Below are positions 14,957 to 16,638 of a stretch of 16,638 bases of DNA, piece after piece (the first letter of the stretch is position 1; each line of letters starts with the position of its first letter). The notes below the pieces were generated by a model that did not search any database, was not told the origin of the DNA, and saw only the letters and a list, made by a program, of their open reading frames with translations. Location of the stretch: NCBI GenBank assembly GCA_964392445.1, contig CAYMPD010000016.1:9858-26495 (forward strand). Reading direction: 5' to 3'. A program made the position numbers and the translations under genes. Source of the DNA: an uncultured archaeon. Lineage in GTDB: Archaea > Aenigmatarchaeota > Aenigmatarchaeia > CG10238-14.

Positions 14957-15011
14957 TTCAGGAGGTCGTGTCAAACCCATCCCCCGGGTTCGACCTTCTG
15001 AATTTTCTTTT
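14957..15011 (+). terminator. GC-rich hairpin followed by a U-rich tract; terminator/attenuator-like, upstream of the large surface protein
   Basis: ttcaggaggtcg (14957-14968) pairs with cgaccttctgaa (14991-15002): 12 bp including one G.U. Inner aaccc/gggtt stem, 5-nt bulge, 7-nt loop, then ttttctttt. Confidence 0.45.
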
Positions 15012-15035
15012 AAATCCAACATAAATTTCAAAGGA

Positions 15036-16638
15036 ATGGTTATTTTCTTAATTCTCTTCTTGTTTTCAGTTGGTGCTCTTTCCAGTTTAGCTCAATCTGA
15101 TTTAGAGATGATTCAGAAAAAAGAGTATGAACCAGAGATTTTGGGTGATACATGGACTAAAAAAATCATGATATTCACAGAAGGGGATAAGCAATATTTT
15201 GATGTTCCTGTAGTTGTTAGTGTCCCTGAAGATTATGGGAATTTTGAGCTGTATAAAATTTTTGATGAGAATTCTTTTCAAAAGATATCTGAAAAGGAAA
15301 TTTACGAATTTATGAAAATAGATCAAGATGGGAATGGAAAAATAGACCATGTTTCATGGGTCGTGCCTTCAGTTGGTGAAGAAACTTTCTTGATAGAATC
15401 ATTAGAAGAAGAAATCCCAACTAAAGTAGACTCTACCGTTATAACGACTATAAAAACCACGACGCAATCTACAATCTTAACTACACCGACCACCCTTCAA
15501 ACAACAACTATTACCACTGGGACATCTAAAACCTTTACAACACAAAATATAACTCACTCGGTTTCTACAACAACTTCTTCGGTAAAATCTACGATATCTG
15601 ATCAAAAATCAACAATAGAAAGCAAGACTAGATTAACTACAACCTCTACAATGGAATCGGATTACGAGGAAAAGGAAATTGAGAAGATATATGCACAAGA
15701 TTGGGATTTAATACAGGGTGATATAGAAGTTGGAGAAACTGTTAAGTGGGAGAAATCTATAAATATCGAAAATATTGAGGAGGATAAAGTTAATAAAAAA
15801 ATTGAATTAGAACTTCCTCAGGGGGCTGAAAATGTTCAAATAAAGGAAGAGGTAGATTTACTTGTGGGACTTAAGTGGAGAAAAAAAATAGGTTCAGAAA
15901 TCAATTTAGATAAAATTTCGGATAAATTGCTACTGATTGAATTTTATGATGAATTTAATCCACTAGAGAAGAAAAAATATATACTTAATTTCAGGACCCA
16001 GGCTCCAGAAAAATTAGAAATTTATACTGAACAGACTGAAGAAAAATGGCTAAAAAAAGTTAAGATAACAAGTGATGCTTATGTACATTATCAAAACGTT
16101 ATTTCTTATGCTGATATAATGGAATCTAAAAAAGAGCAGATTCATTTATATTGGATGAAAGATGGTGAAAAACAGGATGTTGCCAATGATCCTAAATTTG
16201 ATGTACAATTTATTGACACTAATGCCAATTCTTTAGTAGATAAATTAAGGTGGGTAGTACCTGAATTATCCGAACAAGAATTTTTAATTGAAATTGATTT
16301 AACTGTTATTAATGTTCAGTCCTACCCTGTGGTAGGAGGAAACTGGACGGTAGAATTTAATACCACGGGCACTGCGGATTTAGTTATATGGGGTATCGAT
16401 GGGACTACCTTTTCGGAAAAATTATTTGATGATCCTTTGACAAAAGATGATCTTAATATTATGAGTGTTTTTTGTGGTGAAAAAGAGTTGGAGGACCAAT
16501 ATTACATTTTAGAATCTTTAAAAAAGGAAAATGATAACTTTTCCAACCAAACCACAACAACACTCCAAGAAAACATAACCTTAAACCAAACCACAACAAC
16601 ACTCCAAGAAAACATAACCTTAAACCAAACCACAACAA
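15036..16638 (+). CDS. Large secreted/surface protein, >=534 aa, runs off the right edge
   Basis: Hand translation from ATG 15036 (preceded by AAGGA) is stop-free to the end. It shows signal peptide MVIFLILFLFSVGALSSLA, a Thr/Ser-rich linker, two copies of an 82-aa domain and terminal NQTTTTLQENITL repeats. The frame is open back to 14865, so an upstream TTG (14925) cannot be excluded. Confidence 0.85.
   Translation, partial: MVIFLILFLFSVGALSSLAQSDLEMIQKKEYEPEILGDTWTKKIMIFTEGDKQYFDVPVVVSVPEDYGNFELYKIFDENSFQKISEKEIYEFMKIDQDGNGKIDHVSWVVPSVGEETFLIESLEEEIPTKVDSTVITTIKTTTQSTILTTPTTLQTTTITTGTSKTFTTQNITHSVSTTTSSVKSTISDQKSTIESKTRLTTTSTMESDYEEKEIEKIYAQDWDLIQGDIEVGETVKWEKSINIENIEEDKVNKKIELELPQGAENVQIKEEVDLLVGLKWRKKIGSEINLDKISDKLLLIEFYDEFNPLEKKKYILNFRTQAPEKLEIYTEQTEEKWLKKVKITSDAYVHYQNVISYADIMESKKEQIHLYWMKDGEKQDVANDPKFDVQFIDTNANSLVDKLRWVVPELSEQEFLIEIDLTVINVQSYPVVGGNWTVEFNTTGTADLVIWGIDGTTFSEKLFDDPLTKDDLNIMSVFCGEKELEDQYYILESLKKENDNFSNQTTTTLQENITLNQTTTTLQENITLNQTTT
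16545..16638 (+). repeat. 39-bp perfect tandem repeat (2 full copies plus 16 nt), encoding NQTTTTLQENITL
   Basis: aaccaaaccacaacaacactccaagaaaacataacctta at 16545-16583 and 16584-16622, with a partial copy at 16623-16638. Confidence 0.95.

Noticed and set aside
14849-14985. Bulge-helix-bulge mRNA intron
   Set aside because: The pairing has a 10 x 3 nt internal loop rather than two 3-nt bulges around a 4-bp helix, and the downstream ORF already has its own ATG and signal peptide.
14957-15002. tRNA-like fragment (GGTTCGA resembles a T-loop)
   Set aside because: No cloverleaf, D-arm or anticodon arm can be built; the bases are better explained by the hairpin.
2358-15350. Antisense ORFs in the track: 2358-2552, 2809-3024, 4624-4950, 5274-5459, 5708-5944, 8450-8734, 9720-9986, 12318-12563, 12437-12625, 14334-14522, 14432-14623, 15102-15350
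   Set aside because: Each lies wholly or almost wholly opposite a longer, motif-bearing gene and has the I/L/S/F-rich composition typical of shadow frames in AT-rich DNA.
16545-16638. CRISPR array
   Set aside because: The copies are directly adjacent with no spacers and lie in frame in a protein-coding gene. No cas genes are present.
1-16638. Mobile element, prophage, rRNA or tRNA genes
   Set aside because: No transposase, integrase, phage structural gene, terminal inverted repeat with target duplication, or stable-RNA signature was seen.

Overview
AT-rich, tightly packed window, probably from a small-genome archaeon (DPANN-like). That taxonomy is inferred from TATA-like boxes about 22-24 nt upstream of start codons, a FlaK/PibD-type peptidase and sequon-rich surface proteins; it is not proven. 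About 13 kb (699-13623) looks like an expanded His-Xaa-Ser (Hxs) RiPP-type cluster. It contains one His/Ser/Gly-rich precursor (minus strand, 11618-12010), one HxsB-type radical SAM/SPASM enzyme, four paralogous HxsC-like radical SAM enzymes, two HxsD-like proteins, two U32-family Fe-S proteins, an apparently damaged YcaO, an A24 prepilin-type peptidase and a membrane-anchored beta-propeller. The most novel signal is that the precursor leader resembles an Flp/type IV pilin leader (KIKKELKSFILGESG, then a hydrophobic stretch) while a prepilin peptidase is gene-coupled to one of the radical SAM genes. This suggests a heavily modified, pilin-pathway-processed, possibly surface-displayed peptide, with U32 proteins as candidate O2-independent peptide hydroxylases. 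The window ends with two secreted/surface protein genes; the second is truncated in a 39-bp tandem repeat and preceded by a GC-rich leader with two mutually exclusive RNA pairings. Two window-edge ORFs absent from the supplied track (minus <1-659; plus 15036->16638) were translated by hand. All family assignments come from motif recognition, not database searches.
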